Counted from the first letter of the stretch, positions 35,323 through 45,159 are shown. The stretch is 64,000 nt of DNA from an uncultured Candidatus Rokubacteria bacterium (GCA_963826115.1 CAWGVS010000005.1:1312001-1376000); one strand, 5' to 3'. Notes: generated by a model not told the origin, from the sequence alone. Program-made: numbers and translations.

Positions 35323-36540
35323 ATGCAGTTCCCCGCCGCCCTCCGGGCGCTGAACCACCGGGACTTCCGCCTCTTCTGGATCGGCCAGTCGATCTCGTCC
35401 GTCGGAAGCTGGATGCAGTCGGTCGGCCTCTCGTGGCTGGTCCTCGAGCTCACGAACTCGCCGTTCCGCCTGGGGCTCGTGAGCGCGCTCCAGTTCGCGC
35501 CCGTGCTGCTCTTCTCGGCGGTCGCCGGAGTCGTCGTCGACCGGACGCCGAAGCGGCGGCTGGTCATCGCGACCCAGACGGCGCTCATGCTGCCCGCCTT
35601 CGCGCTCGCGCTCCTCACCTGGACCGGACGGGTGCAGTACTGGCACGTGGCGACGCTGGCGGGCGTGATCGGCCTGGTGAACGCCCTCGACATGCCGTCC
35701 CGGCAGTCCTTCCTCGTCGAGATGGTCGGCCGTGAGGACCTTCTGAACGGGATCGCCCTCAACTCGGCGACGTTCAACGCCGCCCGGGTCGTCGGCCCCG
35801 CGATCGGCGGACTCCTCATCGCCCGCTACGGTACGGCTGTCGCGTTCCTCCTGAACGCCCTGTCGTTTCTCGCGGTGGTCCTGAACCTGGCTGCCGTCCG
35901 GGCGGGGTCCGACCCGAGGCCCCGGCGCGGCACCACGATCCGAGAGGAGCTGGCGGACGGGATCCACTACGCGACGCGCACCCCGCTGGTCGCTCTGATC
36001 CTGGGCCTCGTCTTCGCCGTCAGCACCTTCGCCATGAACCACGGGGTCCTCGTCCCCCTCTTCGCGCGCGAGGTGCTCCACGAGGGCGTCCACGTGTTCG
36101 GCCTGCTGATGGCGTCGCTCGGGGGCGGGGCGGTCACGGGCGCCATCGCCGTCGCCCTGCTCGGGTACGGGCGGCCCCCGCTCGCCGCGGTGGTGATCCC
36201 GGGGATCGGCGTCGCGCTCGGCATCCTGAGCCTCGCGTTCGTCCGCCACTTCGCGCTGGCCGCGGTGGTGCTGTTCCTGGTCGGTATCATGCAGATCGTC
36301 TTCCAGAACGGGTGCAACACGATCGTCCAGGTCACGGTGCCGGACGAGCTCCGGGGCCGGGTCATGGGCGTGTACATGATGGTCTTCGCCGGGGCGACGC
36401 CGGTGGGCGCCTCCCTGATCGGGTCAGTGGCCGAGGGGGCCGGCGTACCGGCGGCGTGCCTGGTGGGGGGCAGCATCGCCCTCCTCGGCGTGCTGGTCAC
36501 CCTGGTCTGCTGGAGCCGGACCCGGAACGCGTACGCCTGA
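35323..36540 (+). CDS. MFS transporter (MFS_3/EntS-like)
   Basis: AL.HRDFRLFW.GQ..S..G.WMQ, P.RQS, ALNS..FN.AR, LRGRVMG. Confidence 0.9.
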   Translation: MQFPAALRALNHRDFRLFWIGQSISSVGSWMQSVGLSWLVLELTNSPFRLGLVSALQFAPVLLFSAVAGVVVDRTPKRRLVIATQTALMLPAFALALLTWTGRVQYWHVATLAGVIGLVNALDMPSRQSFLVEMVGREDLLNGIALNSATFNAARVVGPAIGGLLIARYGTAVAFLLNALSFLAVVLNLAAVRAGSDPRPRRGTTIREELADGIHYATRTPLVALILGLVFAVSTFAMNHGVLVPLFAREVLHEGVHVFGLLMASLGGGAVTGAIAVALLGYGRPPLAAVVIPGIGVALGILSLAFVRHFALAAVVLFLVGIMQIVFQNGCNTIVQVTVPDELRGRVMGVYMMVFAGATPVGASLIGSVAEGAGVPAACLVGGSIALLGVLVTLVCWSRTRNAYA

Positions 36541-36606
36541 CGGCGAGACCTTGCATGACGAGCTCACGGACGCACAGCACGCGCTGACGTCGGAGGACAC
36601 GACCAC

Positions 36607-37317
36607 ATGATGGACTACCGCGGCATCGAGAACCGGTTCCGGGACACCTTCACCCTCCGGCGGCGGCCGGTGGCGGTGGCCTTCTGCGAGGCGCCCCCCG
36701 CCAACGTCGCGAAGTTCGCCGGCACCGAGCCTTCGAGCTGTAGCTTCTGGCGGGTCGCCGCGGGGGGCCGCACCTTCTACACGGTGCCGAGCGACCACTA
36801 CAACTGCGCGGTCGGGAGCCACACCCACAACATCCCGCTTCCGCCGGACCGCGCCGAGGAGCTCACGCAGACGCTCGGGTTCATGACCGGCATCGGCTAC
36901 GTCCGGATGGAGGAGGTCCCCAAGATCCCGCGCCTTCCGCGGACGCCGGGCGCCATCGTCTACGCGCCCCTCGGCGACACGCCGGTGGATCCCGACGTCG
37001 TCCTCGTCTCCGGCCGCCCCGGCCCGCTGATGCGGCTTCTCGAGACGGCCATCCGCGCCGGCCTCCAGGCGCAGGTGCCGTTCATGGGCCGCCCGACCTG
37101 CATGGCGCTCCCGGCGTCGCTCACCCACGGGGTACTGGCCAGCACGGGCTGCGTCGGCAATCGCGTGTACACGGATCTCGGCGACGACGAGCTGTACGTC
37201 GCGATCCCGGGGAAGGACCTCGCCCGGCTGGCTGCCGAGGCCGAGACCATCGCCGCCGCCAACGTGACACTGGCCGACTACCACCGCGGGCGACGACAGG
37301 CCCTCGCCACGGAGTAG
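36607..37317 (+). CDS. DUF169-domain protein
   Basis: L.R.PVAV, SCSFW, NCAVG, DPDVVL, PTC, GCVGNR.YT...DDEL..AIP. Confidence 0.8.
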   Translation: MMDYRGIENRFRDTFTLRRRPVAVAFCEAPPANVAKFAGTEPSSCSFWRVAAGGRTFYTVPSDHYNCAVGSHTHNIPLPPDRAEELTQTLGFMTGIGYVRMEEVPKIPRLPRTPGAIVYAPLGDTPVDPDVVLVSGRPGPLMRLLETAIRAGLQAQVPFMGRPTCMALPASLTHGVLASTGCVGNRVYTDLGDDELYVAIPGKDLARLAAEAETIAAANVTLADYHRGRRQALATE

Positions 37318-37328
37318 CTCGCCCGCGC

Positions 37329-38270
37329 ATGCGCATCGGCGTCGACCTCGGCGGCACGAAGATCGAGGGCATCGCCCTCGACCGCGACGGGCGCGAGCGC
37401 GGGCGCCGGCGCGTGCCGACGCCCCGCAACCGCTACCCCCTCACCCTCGCCGCCATCACCACGCTCGTCGAGGGGCTCGAGCGCGAGTCCGGGGAGCCGG
37501 CGCGCGTGGGCATCGGGATGCCGGGCGCGCTGTCGCCGGCAACGGGGCTCGTCAAGAACGCCAACAGCGTCTGGCTGAACGACCGGCCCCTCCGCCAGGA
37601 CCTCGAGCGCCTCCTCCACCGTCCCCTCCGCTTCGCCAACGACGCCAACTGCTTCGCGCTGTCGGAGGCGCGCGACGGGGCCGGCGCCGGCGCCCGCGTG
37701 GTCTTCGGCGTCATCCTGGGCACGGGCACCGGCGGCGGGATCGTCGTCGACGGGCGCGTCCTCACGGGCCCGAACGCGATCGCCGGCGAGTGGGGGCACA
37801 ACCCCCTCCCGTGGCCGGCTCCCGGCGAGTGGCCGGGCGCGGCGTGCTACTGCGGGCGAACGGGCTGCGTCGAGACATTCCTGTCGGGGCCGGGAATGGC
37901 GCGCGACCACCGCGAGGTCACCGGCGAGTCCCTCGACGCGACCGGCATCGCCGCGCGGGCCGCCGACGGCGACGCGGCGTGCGAGGCCACGCTCGCGCGG
38001 TACGAGGAGCGGCTCGCGCGGGCGCTGGCCGTGGTGGTGAACCTGCTGGACCCCGACGTCGTCGTGCTCGGGGGCGGCCTCTCCAACCTCTCGCGGCTCT
38101 ACGAGCGCGTGCCCGTGCGGTGGGGCGCGTGGGTGTTCTCGGACCGCGTGGACACGCCGCTCCGTCCCCCCCAGCACGGGGACTCCAGCGGGGTTCGCGG
38201 GGCGGCATGGCTCTGGGACGCCGCGGAGGACGACGGCCGGCCCGCGCCATGGCCGCCACCTACCGCCTGA
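37329..38270 (+). CDS. mak: ROK-family sugar kinase (fructokinase Mak-like)
   Basis: MRIGVDLGGTKIE, VKNANS, ANDANCFALSE, GEWGHN, CYCG..GC.E, HGDSSGVRGAAWLW. Confidence 0.88.
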   Translation: MRIGVDLGGTKIEGIALDRDGRERGRRRVPTPRNRYPLTLAAITTLVEGLERESGEPARVGIGMPGALSPATGLVKNANSVWLNDRPLRQDLERLLHRPLRFANDANCFALSEARDGAGAGARVVFGVILGTGTGGGIVVDGRVLTGPNAIAGEWGHNPLPWPAPGEWPGAACYCGRTGCVETFLSGPGMARDHREVTGESLDATGIAARAADGDAACEATLARYEERLARALAVVVNLLDPDVVVLGGGLSNLSRLYERVPVRWGAWVFSDRVDTPLRPPQHGDSSGVRGAAWLWDAAEDDGRPAPWPPPTA

Positions 38271-38728
38271 GCGCCGGCCGGCGCGTCGTGAACGCCCTCG
38301 TCCGGACGCTCCTCCGGGCGGGCGCGGGACCGCGCCACACCTTCCTCCTGACGGTGCCCGGCCGGCGAACGGGACGCGGGCGGTCCACGCCGGTGACACT
38401 GGTCGAGACCGACGGGCAGCGCTGGCTGGTCGCTCCGTACGGCACGGTGGGATGGGTCCGGAACGCGCGCGCGGCCGGGCGCGCGGTCCTCGCCCGCGGG
38501 CGTCGCCGCGAGCCGGTCATCCTGACCGAGGTCCGGCCGGAGCACACGGCGCCGATCCTCCGTCAGTACGCCCGCGAGGTACCGGTCACGCGGCCCTACT
38601 TCGACGCGGGACCCGACGCGACGCTCGACGCCTTCGCCGCCGAGGCCGCGCGTCATCCCGTGTTCCGGATCACCTCGGCCAGCGCGACGAGCGACTCCAC
38701 GCGCTCGAGACCGGGGCGGTCCGCGTGA
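38249..38728 (+). CDS. Deazaflavin-dependent nitroreductase-like protein (DUF385)
   Basis: LTVPGRRTG..RSTPV, WVRNARAAG, HPVFRI. Confidence 0.82.
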   Translation: MAATYRLSAGRRVVNALVRTLLRAGAGPRHTFLLTVPGRRTGRGRSTPVTLVETDGQRWLVAPYGTVGWVRNARAAGRAVLARGRRREPVILTEVRPEHTAPILRQYAREVPVTRPYFDAGPDATLDAFAAEAARHPVFRITSASATSDSTRSRPGRSA

Positions 38729-39375
38729 CGCCCGGCTCGATCGATCAGGACGGCCCGAAGGCCGGCGGCGCGGGCGCCTTCGCCGTCCTCGGCGGGCGAG
38801 TCGCCGACGTGCACGGCCCGCGCGGCATCCGCGCGATGGCGCGCGAGGGCGCGGGCGAAGATCGCCGGATCCGGCTTCGTCGCGCCCACCTGGCTCGACA
38901 GGGTCACCGAGGCGAAGGACGCGGCGAGGTCGAGCCCCTCCAGGATCCCGAGCACGCGGCTGTCGAAGTTGCTGATGACGCCGAGCGAGCAGCCGAGCGA
39001 TCGCAGCGCCGCGAGCGCCGGCCGCACGTCGGGGAAGACGTCCCACGTCGCCGCGTCCTCGAAGTGCCGGTAGACCGCCTCGAAGTACGCATCGAAGGCG
39101 CCGGGCGCGAACGCGCCAAGAGCCCCGGCGCCGGCGAAGACGTCGCGGACGATCCCGCGCCAGACCTCCCGCTCGAGGGCGGGCACCTGGTCGGGCGGCG
39201 CGCCGGGAAACGCCATCATCGGCGCGGCGCGGAACGCGCGCGGGAACTCGCGCTCGAGCCCGCGCGGGTCGGCGACGACGCCGAAGCGCGCCGCGACCCG
39301 CGCATACTGCTGGCCGACGCCATCGCGCACGCGGATCAGCGTCCCCGCGACGTCGAAGAACACGACCGTCGTCAC
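38653..39375 (-). CDS. HAD-superfamily hydrolase (REG-2-like, subfamily IA)
   Basis: FFDVAGTL, ISNFDSR, KPDPAIF, HVGDS..ED..GA..AG. Confidence 0.9.
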   Translation of the reverse strand: MTTVVFFDVAGTLIRVRDGVGQQYARVAARFGVVADPRGLEREFPRAFRAAPMMAFPGAPPDQVPALEREVWRGIVRDVFAGAGALGAFAPGAFDAYFEAVYRHFEDAATWDVFPDVRPALAALRSLGCSLGVISNFDSRVLGILEGLDLAASFASVTLSSQVGATKPDPAIFARALARHRADAARAVHVGDSPAEDGEGARAAGLRAVLIDRAGRHADRPGLERVESLVALAEVIRNTG

Positions 39376-39431
39376 GCGCGCCTCCCCGCCCCGTCCGGCC
39401 CTGTTCCGCGCCCGGCGGTGGCGACCAGCCG

Positions 39432-40149
39432 ATGAGCGCCGCCGAGCCTACCGGCCCGGCGCCGGAGCCGCTCCACGAGACGGCCGGCAATGGGCCGATC
39501 GGTCCACGGCGTCCTCCACCGTCCCGCCACCCCCGCACCGGAGGGCCTCGTCCTCACCCACGGCGCTGGCTCCTCGTCGGAGAGCCCGCTCCTCGTCGCG
39601 CTCGCCGAGGCGCTCGCGGCGCGTGGCGTCTCGGTCCTCCGCTGCGACCTGCCGTTCCGCCAGGCCCGAGCCCAGGGACCACCGTCGCCCGCCGGCGCCG
39701 CGCGCGACCGGGACGGGCTCCGAGCGGCCCTCTCGGCGCTCACGCGCCGAGGCTTTCGGCGCGTCTCGCTCGGCGGCCACTCGTACGGAGGGCGTCAGGC
39801 GACCCTCCTCGCCGCGGAGGACCCGGGGGTGGCCGAGGCCCTCCTCCTCCTCGCGTATCCCCTGCACCCACCGACCCGGCCCGCCGAGCTTCGCGTCTCG
39901 CACTTCCCTCGACTCCGGACGCCCGCCGTCTTCGTCCACGGCACCAAGGACCCGTTCGGCACCGAGGCGGAGCTCCGAGGCGCGCTCACGCTCATCCCGG
40001 CGCCGGTGACACTCCACCTCGAGCCCGGCGCGGGCCACGATCTCGGTGCCGCGCGGCGCTCCCGCGGCGCGCTCGCCAGCCTGGCCGCGCGACTGGCCGC
40101 GCGGTGGGTCGAGCGCCGCTGTGACGGATCGACAGGCGCGGCAGTCTAG
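39432..40149 (+). CDS. Alpha/beta hydrolase (KANL3/Tex30-like); start at 39490, or at 39432 with a frameshift
   Basis: LTHGAG, GGHSYGGR, YPLHPP, VHGTKDPFG, GAGHDL. Confidence 0.85.
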
Positions 40150-40231
40150 CACGCCGCCCCCGCGCGCGCGCCCGCCGCGCGCGAGCGTCGATCGAAAGCT
40201 GATATAGTTCTGGAGCCATGAGCGTCGCGCG

Positions 40232-42025
40232 ATGACGATTCGCGAGCGCGTCGAGCGCCTCAGGAAGGAGCTCGGCCAGGAAGCGCTCTCCGGCTTCCTC
40301 GTGCCCCGCTCCGACGAGCACCAGGGCGAGTACGTCCCGCCGCACGCCCAGCGCCTGGCGTGGCTCACCGGCTTCACGGGCTCCGCCGGCGTCGCCATCG
40401 TCCTGGCCGACGCGGCCGCGCTCTTCGTGGACGGGCGCTACACGCTCCAGGCGCGCGACGAGACGCCCGGCGACGTGTTCGAGCATCACCACGTGACGGA
40501 GAGCCCGCCCGCCGAGTGGCTCCGCCAGCGCCTCCGTTCGGGCGACCGGCTCGGTTACGATCCGTGGCTCCACACGATCGAGAGCGTCGAGCGCCTCCAG
40601 GCCGTGTGCGGCAAGGTCGGCGCGACGCTGGTCCCGGTCTCCGAGAATCTCGTCGACCGCGTCTGGGACGACCAGCCTCCGCCGCCGCGCGGCCCGATCG
40701 TCCCCCATGACCTGAAGCACGCCGGGCGTCCCGCCCCGGACAAGCAGCGGGAGCTGGGCGACCTCCTCACCCGGGACGGCGTCCACGCGGTGGTCCTCGC
40801 CGCTCCCGACTCGATCGCATGGCTCCTCAACGTCCGGGGAAGCGACGTCGACCACACGCCGTTGCCGCTCGCCTTCGCGGTGGCGCACCGCGACGCGAGC
40901 GTCGATCTCTACGTGGATCCGGCAAAGCTGACCCCGGGCCTCCGCGAGCACCTCGGGGACGGCGTCCGCGTCCATCCGCCGGAGGCCCTCGGCCCCGCCC
41001 TCGACCGTCTGGGCGCGGCCCGCCGGACGGTGCAGGTCGATCCGAGCTGGACGGCGGCGTGGATCATCCAGCGCCTCACCGGGTCGGGGGCGACGGTGGT
41101 CCGCGGGGCCGACCCGTGCCTCCTCCCCAAGGCCCTCAAGAACGACGTGGAGCTGGCGGGTGCGCGCAGCGCCCACGAGAAGGACGGCGTCGCGCTTTGC
41201 CGGTTCCTCGCCTGGCTGAGCCGCGTGGGGCCCGGGGGCCGCCTCACGGAGATCACGGCGGCGGAACGCCTGGATGCACTGCGGGCCGAGGAGTCGCTCT
41301 TCCGCGACGTGAGCTTCCCCACGATCTCCGGGGCAGGCCCGAACGGCGCCATCGTCCACTATCGCGCGACGCCCCGTACGGACCGCCGGATCGAGTCCGG
41401 GATGCTCTACCTGGTCGACTCCGGCGCGCAGTACCTCGACGGCACGACCGACGTGACCCGGACCGTCGCCGTCGGGCCGCCGACGGCGGAGCAGCGCGAC
41501 CGGTTCACGCGCGTCCTCCGCGGCCACATCGCGCTGGCGCTCGCGCGGTTCCCGAAGGGGACGACGGGGTCCCAGCTCGACGCGCTCGCGCGCGCGCCCC
41601 TCTGGGAAGCGGGCCTCGACTTCGACCACGGCACGGGCCACGGGGTCGGGAGCTACCTGTCCGTCCATGAGGGCCCGCAACGCATCTCGAAGATGGGGAA
41701 CTCGGTGGCGCTGAGTCCCGGGATGATCCTGTCCAACGAGCCCGGGTACTACAAGACCGGGGAATACGGAATCCGCATCGAGAGCCTCGTCGTGGTCACC
41801 CCGGTGCCGGCGCCGCCCGGCGGCGAGGTCACCCTCTACGGATTCGAGACGCTCACGCTCGCGCCCATCGACCGCGCGCTCGTCGAGCCGGAGCTCCTCG
41901 CCTCCGTCGAGCGCGCCTGGCTCGATGGCTACCACGCGCGCGTGCGGGACGTGATCGCGCCGCGAGTTGACCGCGAGACGGCGGACTGGCTCGAGGCGGC
42001 GACACGCCCGCTCGCCTCGCGCTGA
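40232..42025 (+). CDS. Xaa-Pro aminopeptidase (aminopeptidase P, M24B)
   Basis: D.HQ.EY, GFTGSAG, DGRY, DSGAQYLDGTTD, HGTGHGVG, VHEGP, SNEPGYY, GIRIE. Confidence 0.95.
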   Translation: MTIRERVERLRKELGQEALSGFLVPRSDEHQGEYVPPHAQRLAWLTGFTGSAGVAIVLADAAALFVDGRYTLQARDETPGDVFEHHHVTESPPAEWLRQRLRSGDRLGYDPWLHTIESVERLQAVCGKVGATLVPVSENLVDRVWDDQPPPPRGPIVPHDLKHAGRPAPDKQRELGDLLTRDGVHAVVLAAPDSIAWLLNVRGSDVDHTPLPLAFAVAHRDASVDLYVDPAKLTPGLREHLGDGVRVHPPEALGPALDRLGAARRTVQVDPSWTAAWIIQRLTGSGATVVRGADPCLLPKALKNDVELAGARSAHEKDGVALCRFLAWLSRVGPGGRLTEITAAERLDALRAEESLFRDVSFPTISGAGPNGAIVHYRATPRTDRRIESGMLYLVDSGAQYLDGTTDVTRTVAVGPPTAEQRDRFTRVLRGHIALALARFPKGTTGSQLDALARAPLWEAGLDFDHGTGHGVGSYLSVHEGPQRISKMGNSVALSPGMILSNEPGYYKTGEYGIRIESLVVVTPVPAPPGGEVTLYGFETLTLAPIDRALVEPELLASVERAWLDGYHARVRDVIAPRVDRETADWLEAATRPLASR

Positions 42026-42071
42026 CCCACCGCTCCGGATAGCCCACGCCCGGCCGGACCGGGCGCGCCCG

Positions 42072-42485
42072 TCAGTCGAGGCCCCAGGCGCGCACCCGGG
42101 AAGGCACGATCCGGAACAGCGCGCGGTCGGCGGGCATCGTCCGGCCGCTCCAGCGGCGCTCGAGATGCGGGTGGTACTTCTCCAGGAATCGCGTCACCCA
42201 CGCGCGCCGCTCGGGGCCGTCGGCCAGGAACTCCGCGCGGCCGTGAACCGTCACGCCGCGGATGACGCCCCCCGTGCCGCCCTCGGCCACGACGCTGACG
42301 CGCGGATCGCGGCCGAGGTTCCTCACCTTCTGGGTGTCGGCCACGCTCACCATCGCGAGGGCCACGGGATCGTGGGCGAACCACATCGGCATCGCCAGCG
42401 GCGCGCCGTCCGGCTGCACGGTCGCGAGCACGACGACCGTCTGTGTCGCAAGGAACCGCTGGATCCGCTCCTCGGCCAGGCTCAT
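42072..42485 (-). CDS. Pyridoxamine 5'-phosphate oxidase-like split-barrel protein (PPOX class)
   Basis: LATV.PDG.P...PMWF, QKVRNL.RDPRVS, GV...GRAE. Confidence 0.85.
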   Translation of the reverse strand: MSLAEERIQRFLATQTVVVLATVQPDGAPLAMPMWFAHDPVALAMVSVADTQKVRNLGRDPRVSVVAEGGTGGVIRGVTVHGRAEFLADGPERRAWVTRFLEKYHPHLERRWSGRTMPADRALFRIVPSRVRAWGLD

Positions 42486-42530
42486 GCGGTCAACGCTCCT
42501 TTCGGCCCACCCTGAGGGCAGCGGCGGGTG

Positions 42531-43409
42531 TCAGTGTCCCGTGGGCCGCGGACTGGGCCGGGCCGCGGGCAGGACGATGACGGCCAGCCCGGCCAGGATG
42601 AGCGCCATCCCCGCGTAGCGCACCGGGCTGAAGACCTCGCGGAACACCAGGGCCGACGACAGGAGCCCCGCGCACGGCGCGACGAGGGCGAACGGCGCCA
42701 CCACGGCTGCCGGGTAGCGCTGGAGAAGGCTTCCCCAGGAGGCGTAGGCCACGATCGTGGCGGCGACACCCAGATAGGCGACCGCGCCGAGATTCCGCCA
42801 GGAGGCGCCCGCGATCGCGTCGAGGAGCGAGGGCGCGGGATCGATGGCCCACGACAGGAGGAGCGCGGGCACGGGCGGAACCAGGCTCGCCCAGACGACC
42901 AGCGGAAAGATCGGCGCGTGGGGCACGCGCTTCACCAGGATGTTGCCGATGGCCCAGCTGAAGGCCCCCGCCAGGGCCAGGCCGAGGGCCGCCGGCCGGA
43001 GGTCCGCGCCGGTGGTCAGCCCGACGAGTGCCAGGCCCGAGAAGGCGACGGCCATTCCCGCGCCCTGGCGGCGAGTGGGCACGTCCCGGAGGAACAGCGC
43101 CGCGAGCAGGACCGTGAAGAACGCCTGCATCTGCTGGCTCACCGAGGCGAGACCGGGCGGGAGCCCCATCGTGTACGCGAGGAACAGGAGCATGAACTGC
43201 CCCGCGAACAGGGTGAGCCCGATCAACCCGATCGACGACCACGGCATCGGGGGCCGCGGCACCAGCAGCGCCGGCACGCACGCGACCAGGAACCGGAGCG
43301 CCAGGAGCTGCGAGGCCGAGAAGCTCTCCAGCGCGAACTTGACGGCGACGAACGCGAGCCCCCAGATCGTCGAGGTGGCCACGGCCAGGCACGCGTCGGA
43401 GGTCCTCAT
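42531..43409 (-). CDS. EamA-family exporter (O-acetylserine/cysteine exporter-like)
   Basis: IWGLAFV..K, LRF, GQF.LLF.A...G.PPGLAS...Q.QAFFT, RYPA..VAPF. Confidence 0.88.
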   Translation of the reverse strand: MRTSDACLAVATSTIWGLAFVAVKFALESFSASQLLALRFLVACVPALLVPRPPMPWSSIGLIGLTLFAGQFMLLFLAYTMGLPPGLASVSQQMQAFFTVLLAALFLRDVPTRRQGAGMAVAFSGLALVGLTTGADLRPAALGLALAGAFSWAIGNILVKRVPHAPIFPLVVWASLVPPVPALLLSWAIDPAPSLLDAIAGASWRNLGAVAYLGVAATIVAYASWGSLLQRYPAAVVAPFALVAPCAGLLSSALVFREVFSPVRYAGMALILAGLAVIVLPAARPSPRPTGH

Positions 43410-43439
43410 CCCGGCCGCCATCGAAGGATGCGCCGGCGC

Positions 43440-43958
43440 TCAGAACACGCGGAAGATCGCGAGCCACGCGCGGAGGACCATCGTCCATCCGGGGCTCCCC
43501 GCGCGCACGTTCGAGCCGGGAGCCTCGACCCCCGCGAGGATCCGGCTCCACGGGACTGCGGCGTCGCGCGTCGCCCCGCGGAGCGCGAACCCGATCTCGA
43601 CCCGCGCCTGCGACTCGAGCCGGCCGAGAGCGTACACGCGCACGTCGTCCTCGTCCCAGACGCGGACGGGGCGGTCGATCTTTCCGTAGTTGCGCACCTT
43701 GACCGGCAGCATGGCGGTGGCCACCACGTCGCGCCGGAGGCGCACGACCACCTCGTCCTGGGTCTCGGCGCCGCTGTTCCCCACCTCGAGGCGATAGAGG
43801 AACGTACACCCGTCCTTGCCGCACGCGACGAGCGGAGGCTCCTGCTGGTAGAGGATCTCGCGGGACGGCTGGCCGAAGATCGACACGCCGCCCGCGACGA
43901 GCGCCAGGACGCCCGCGGCCACCAGCGCCCGGCGGCACCAGCGCGCCCAGTCGAGCAC
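43440..43958 (-). CDS. Hypothetical membrane-anchored protein with Ig/DUF11-like beta domain
   Basis: N-terminal TM helix, CxxxxC, YRLEVGNSG...VVV...LGRL pattern; GTG 43958 lies 7 nt after TACTCT; start uncertain (up to 44030). Confidence 0.6.
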   Translation of the reverse strand: MLDWARWCRRALVAAGVLALVAGGVSIFGQPSREILYQQEPPLVACGKDGCTFLYRLEVGNSGAETQDEVVVRLRRDVVATAMLPVKVRNYGKIDRPVRVWDEDDVRVYALGRLESQARVEIGFALRGATRDAAVPWSRILAGVEAPGSNVRAGSPGWTMVLRAWLAIFRVF

Positions 43959-44056
43959 GGCGCCGAGAGTACCACGCGCCCTCGCGGGGACCCTCGGGTC
44001 ACGGCACGGATGGGGCTTGTCCGCATCCACGTCCTCGGTCAGACTGACCTTCTCGC

Positions 44057-44389
44057 ATGACGACGACGGGCGGTCCAGCCATCGTGCTCCTCGCGAAGCT
44101 CTTCGTGCACCCGGGCCGGATCGCCGAGTTCCGCCGCTTCGAGACCGAGGCTTCCCGCATCATGCGCCGCCACGGCGGGCGGATCGAGCGCGTCATCCGC
44201 CCGACCGGCCCGGGCGACGACCTCCCGCACGAGATCCACGTCGTCTCCTTCACGAGCGCCGCGGGATTCGAGGCCTACCGGGCCGACCCCGAGCTCGCGG
44301 GGCTGGCGACGCTCCGGGCATCCGCGATCGCCCGGACCGAGGTCACGATGGGCACCGACGGCGATCCGTATCCGGACGGCTCGGCATGA
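44057..44389 (+). CDS. DUF1330-like dimeric alpha/beta barrel protein
   Basis: IM.RHGG.I, EIHVVSF.S...F.AYRADP; ATGA coupling to SDR. Confidence 0.7.
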   Translation: MTTTGGPAIVLLAKLFVHPGRIAEFRRFETEASRIMRRHGGRIERVIRPTGPGDDLPHEIHVVSFTSAAGFEAYRADPELAGLATLRASAIARTEVTMGTDGDPYPDGSA

Positions 44390-45159
44390 GCGCGCCGAAG
44401 GGACGGCTCGCCGGCAAGGTCGCCATCGTCACCGGCGGCGCTTCCGGCATCGGGCGGGCCACGTGCCGCCTGTTCGCCCGCGAGGGCGCGGCCACGCTCG
44501 TCACGGACGTCGAGGAAGCGGGTGGCCGCCGGGTCGCCGAGGAGATCGCGCGCGAGGGCGGGCGCGCGTGGTTCCAGCGCCTCGACGCGACGCGCGAGGC
44601 CGACTGGATCGAGGCCGTCGACCGCATCGTCCGGGAGCACGGACGCCTCGACGTCCTCGTCAACAACGCCGGGCGCGGGGGCCTCCCTGCCCGCGTGGCC
44701 GCCGAGCACGTGGCGCTGAGCGACTGGGAGCTGATCATGGCCGCGAACGCGACCAGCGTGCTCCTGGGCACCAAGCACGCCATCCCGGCGATGCGGCGGA
44801 CCGGTGGCGGCTCGATCGTGAACGTCGTGTCCATCTACGCGATGGTCGGCAGCCGCGGCGGCGCCTCCTATCACGCCTCGAAGGGCGCCGCGCGCGCGCT
44901 CACGCGCGCGGCGGCCATCCAGTACGCCGGGGAGGGCATCCGGATCAACGCCGTCTTCCCGGGCTTCGTCGACACCGGCATGACGGCGGAGCTCCACGCG
45001 CGGCCCGGCGTCCGCGAGGAGCGCGTGGCGCTGACCCCCATCGGCCGGATCGGCGAGCCCGAGGACATCGCGCCCGGCATCCTCTACCTGGCGTCGGACG
45101 AGGCGCGCTTCGTGACCGGGTCCGAGCTCGTGATCGACGGAGGCATGACGGCCCGGTGA
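44386..45159 (+). CDS. Short-chain dehydrogenase/reductase
   Basis: TGGASGIG, NNAG, YHASK, IRINAVFPG. Confidence 0.93.
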   Translation: MSAPKGRLAGKVAIVTGGASGIGRATCRLFAREGAATLVTDVEEAGGRRVAEEIAREGGRAWFQRLDATREADWIEAVDRIVREHGRLDVLVNNAGRGGLPARVAAEHVALSDWELIMAANATSVLLGTKHAIPAMRRTGGGSIVNVVSIYAMVGSRGGASYHASKGAARALTRAAAIQYAGEGIRINAVFPGFVDTGMTAELHARPGVREERVALTPIGRIGEPEDIAPGILYLASDEARFVTGSELVIDGGMTAR

